Source: a virus
Lineage: Duplodnaviria; Caudoviricetes
Length of the DNA stretch: 64,000 bases
IMG/VR virus record: IMGVR_UViG_3300028412_000003
Strand: one strand, 5' to 3'
Shown piece after piece: positions 63,236 to 64,000 of the stretch. The first letter of the stretch is position 1. Each line of letters opens with the position of its first letter. Below the pieces are notes generated by a model. The model was not told the origin of the DNA. It did not search any database and saw only the letters and a list, made by a program, of their open reading frames with translations. The translations under genes were made by a program, and so were the position numbers.

Positions 63236-63405
63236 CGACTACTCCATTTTAAGATAAGCAATGTTTTCTTGGGACAATCATCTAGATAGATCTTATTCAC
63301 GTATTCTTCAAATGAATACCCTGTATCATTTATATACCAAGAATGATCTCCATTTGGATATTCAACGGCCGGTCCATCTTCTTCTATCACAAGTCCATTT
63401 TTCAT
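63232..63405 (-). CDS. 57-aa single-repeat paralog of the HRTDGPA-repeat protein
   Basis: Translated by hand: MKNGLVIEEDGPAVEYPNGDHSWYIN...YSFEEYVNKIY...KKTLLILKWSSR*. Confidence 0.65.
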   Translation of the reverse strand: MKNGLVIEEDGPAVEYPNGDHSWYINDTGYSFEEYVNKIYLDDCPKKTLLILKWSSR

Positions 63406-63964
63406 TGACTGCCCATTTTAATATAAAATGTGTCTTTTTAGGAGAATCATTTTTATAGAGTCGATCTATATATTTTTCAAATGAATATCTTCTATTGTTT
63501 AAAAACCAAGATCGATCCCCGTTAGCAAGTTCAACAGCTGGTCCATCTGTTCTATGCTTTTTGCCATCTAAATACCAATAACGGTCTCCGTTTGGGTATT
63601 CAATGGCTGGTCCATCTGTTCTGTGAAGTTCGTTATTTTGTAACCAACGACGTTCTCCATCTGGATATTCAATAGCCGGTCCATCTGTTCTGTGAAGTTG
63701 GTTGTTTTGAAACCAGTGACGAGTTCCATTTAGGTATTCAGCGGCTGGTCCATCTGTTCTATGCTTTTTTTCATTCTGTAACCAAAAACATGTTCCATTT
63801 GCGTATTCAATTGCTGGTCCATCCGTTCTGTGATGTTGATTATTTTGAAACCAGTGACGAGTTCCATCAGCAAATTCAGCGGCTGGTCCATCTGTTCTGT
63901 GAAGCTCGTCATCTTGGAACCAACGACGATTTCCATTTTTATCTATCTCTAATCCATTTTTCAT
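63362..63964 (-). CDS. MORN-variant (HRTDGPA) repeat protein
   Basis: Six 23-aa repeats HRTDGPA.EY.NG.R.W.QN. Confidence 0.85.
   Translation of the reverse strand: MKNGLEIDKNGNRRWFQDDELHRTDGPAAEFADGTRHWFQNNQHHRTDGPAIEYANGTCFWLQNEKKHRTDGPAAEYLNGTRHWFQNNQLHRTDGPAIEYPDGERRWLQNNELHRTDGPAIEYPNGDRYWYLDGKKHRTDGPAVELANGDRSWFLNNRRYSFEKYIDRLYKNDSPKKTHFILKWAVNEKWTCDRRRWTGR
63500..63925. repeat. Six tandem 69-bp coding repeats
   Basis: Recurrent GCTGGTCCATC(T/C)GTTCT(G/A)TG at 69-bp spacing; boundaries approximate. Confidence 0.85.
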
Positions 63965-64000
63965 CGACTACTCCATTTTAAGATGAACAATGTCTTTTTA
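63961..64000 (-). CDS. 3' end of a further paralog (…KKTLFILKWSSR*)
   Basis: Translated by hand; truncated by the window edge. Confidence 0.6.
   Translation of the reverse strand, partial: KKTLFILKWSSR

Larger units (their letters stand above)
63230..63984. repeat. 26-bp direct repeat at gene junctions (63230-63255 and 63959-63984)
   Basis: TTTCATCGACTACTCCATTTTAAGAT occurs twice; encodes ILKWSSR* plus the overlapping ATG of the next gene. Confidence 0.85.

Noticed and set aside
63500-63925. 69-bp periodic repeats as a CRISPR array
   Set aside because: Repeats are in-frame coding units with synonymous variation and no unique spacers; no cas genes in the window.
1018-63981. The many 60-147-aa plus-strand ORFs nested opposite long minus-strand genes (e.g. 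13577, 17863, 33499, 45135, 50122, 51891, 56813, 58807)
   Set aside because: No RBS or promoter, biased antisense composition, fully overlapping well-supported genes.
1-64000. Stop-codon reassignment
   Set aside because: Conserved enzymes are full length under the standard code, and TAA, TAG and TGA all terminate genes at expected positions.

Overview
A 64-kb AT-rich segment of a large lytic dsDNA tailed phage with a T4-like replication module (family B DNA polymerase, sliding clamp, clamp loader, ATP-dependent ligase, ThyA, DHFR, MazG, PhoH). Nearly all genes lie on the minus strand. The window holds: a probable 7-deazaguanine DNA-modification set (DpdA/TGT-like transglycosylase, DpdL-like T-fold protein, QueD, two glycosyltransferases); a late cluster of putative head-packaged proteins with a shared N-terminal motif; ClpA, DnaJ and GroES; a GH19 endolysin/spanin lysis cassette; Fe-S biogenesis genes (SufT, IscA); baseplate and tail-fibre genes; three tRNAs (Leu-CAA, Arg-CCG, Leu-TAA); and an accessory region. 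The accessory region carries the most unusual content: a three-gene hfaA-hfaB(csgG)-hfaD-like operon (outer-membrane secretion pore plus a Q/N-rich repeat, amyloid-like substrate), a membrane-anchored subtilase, and a seven-gene envelope/stress cluster (solute-binding-OmpA fusion, vWA lipoprotein, OmpA-like, Coq4-like, XpaC, TelA, membrane protein). Two promoter classes are readable by eye: host sigma70-type TTGACA-N16/17-TAxxAT and a T4-late-like GATAAATA. Many of both classes sit only 4-6 nt before an ATG with no Shine-Dalgarno, implying leaderless mRNAs. YccA, DUF465 and Hfa-like genes suggest an alphaproteobacterial host (inference). All family calls come from motif recognition by eye; no database searches were run.
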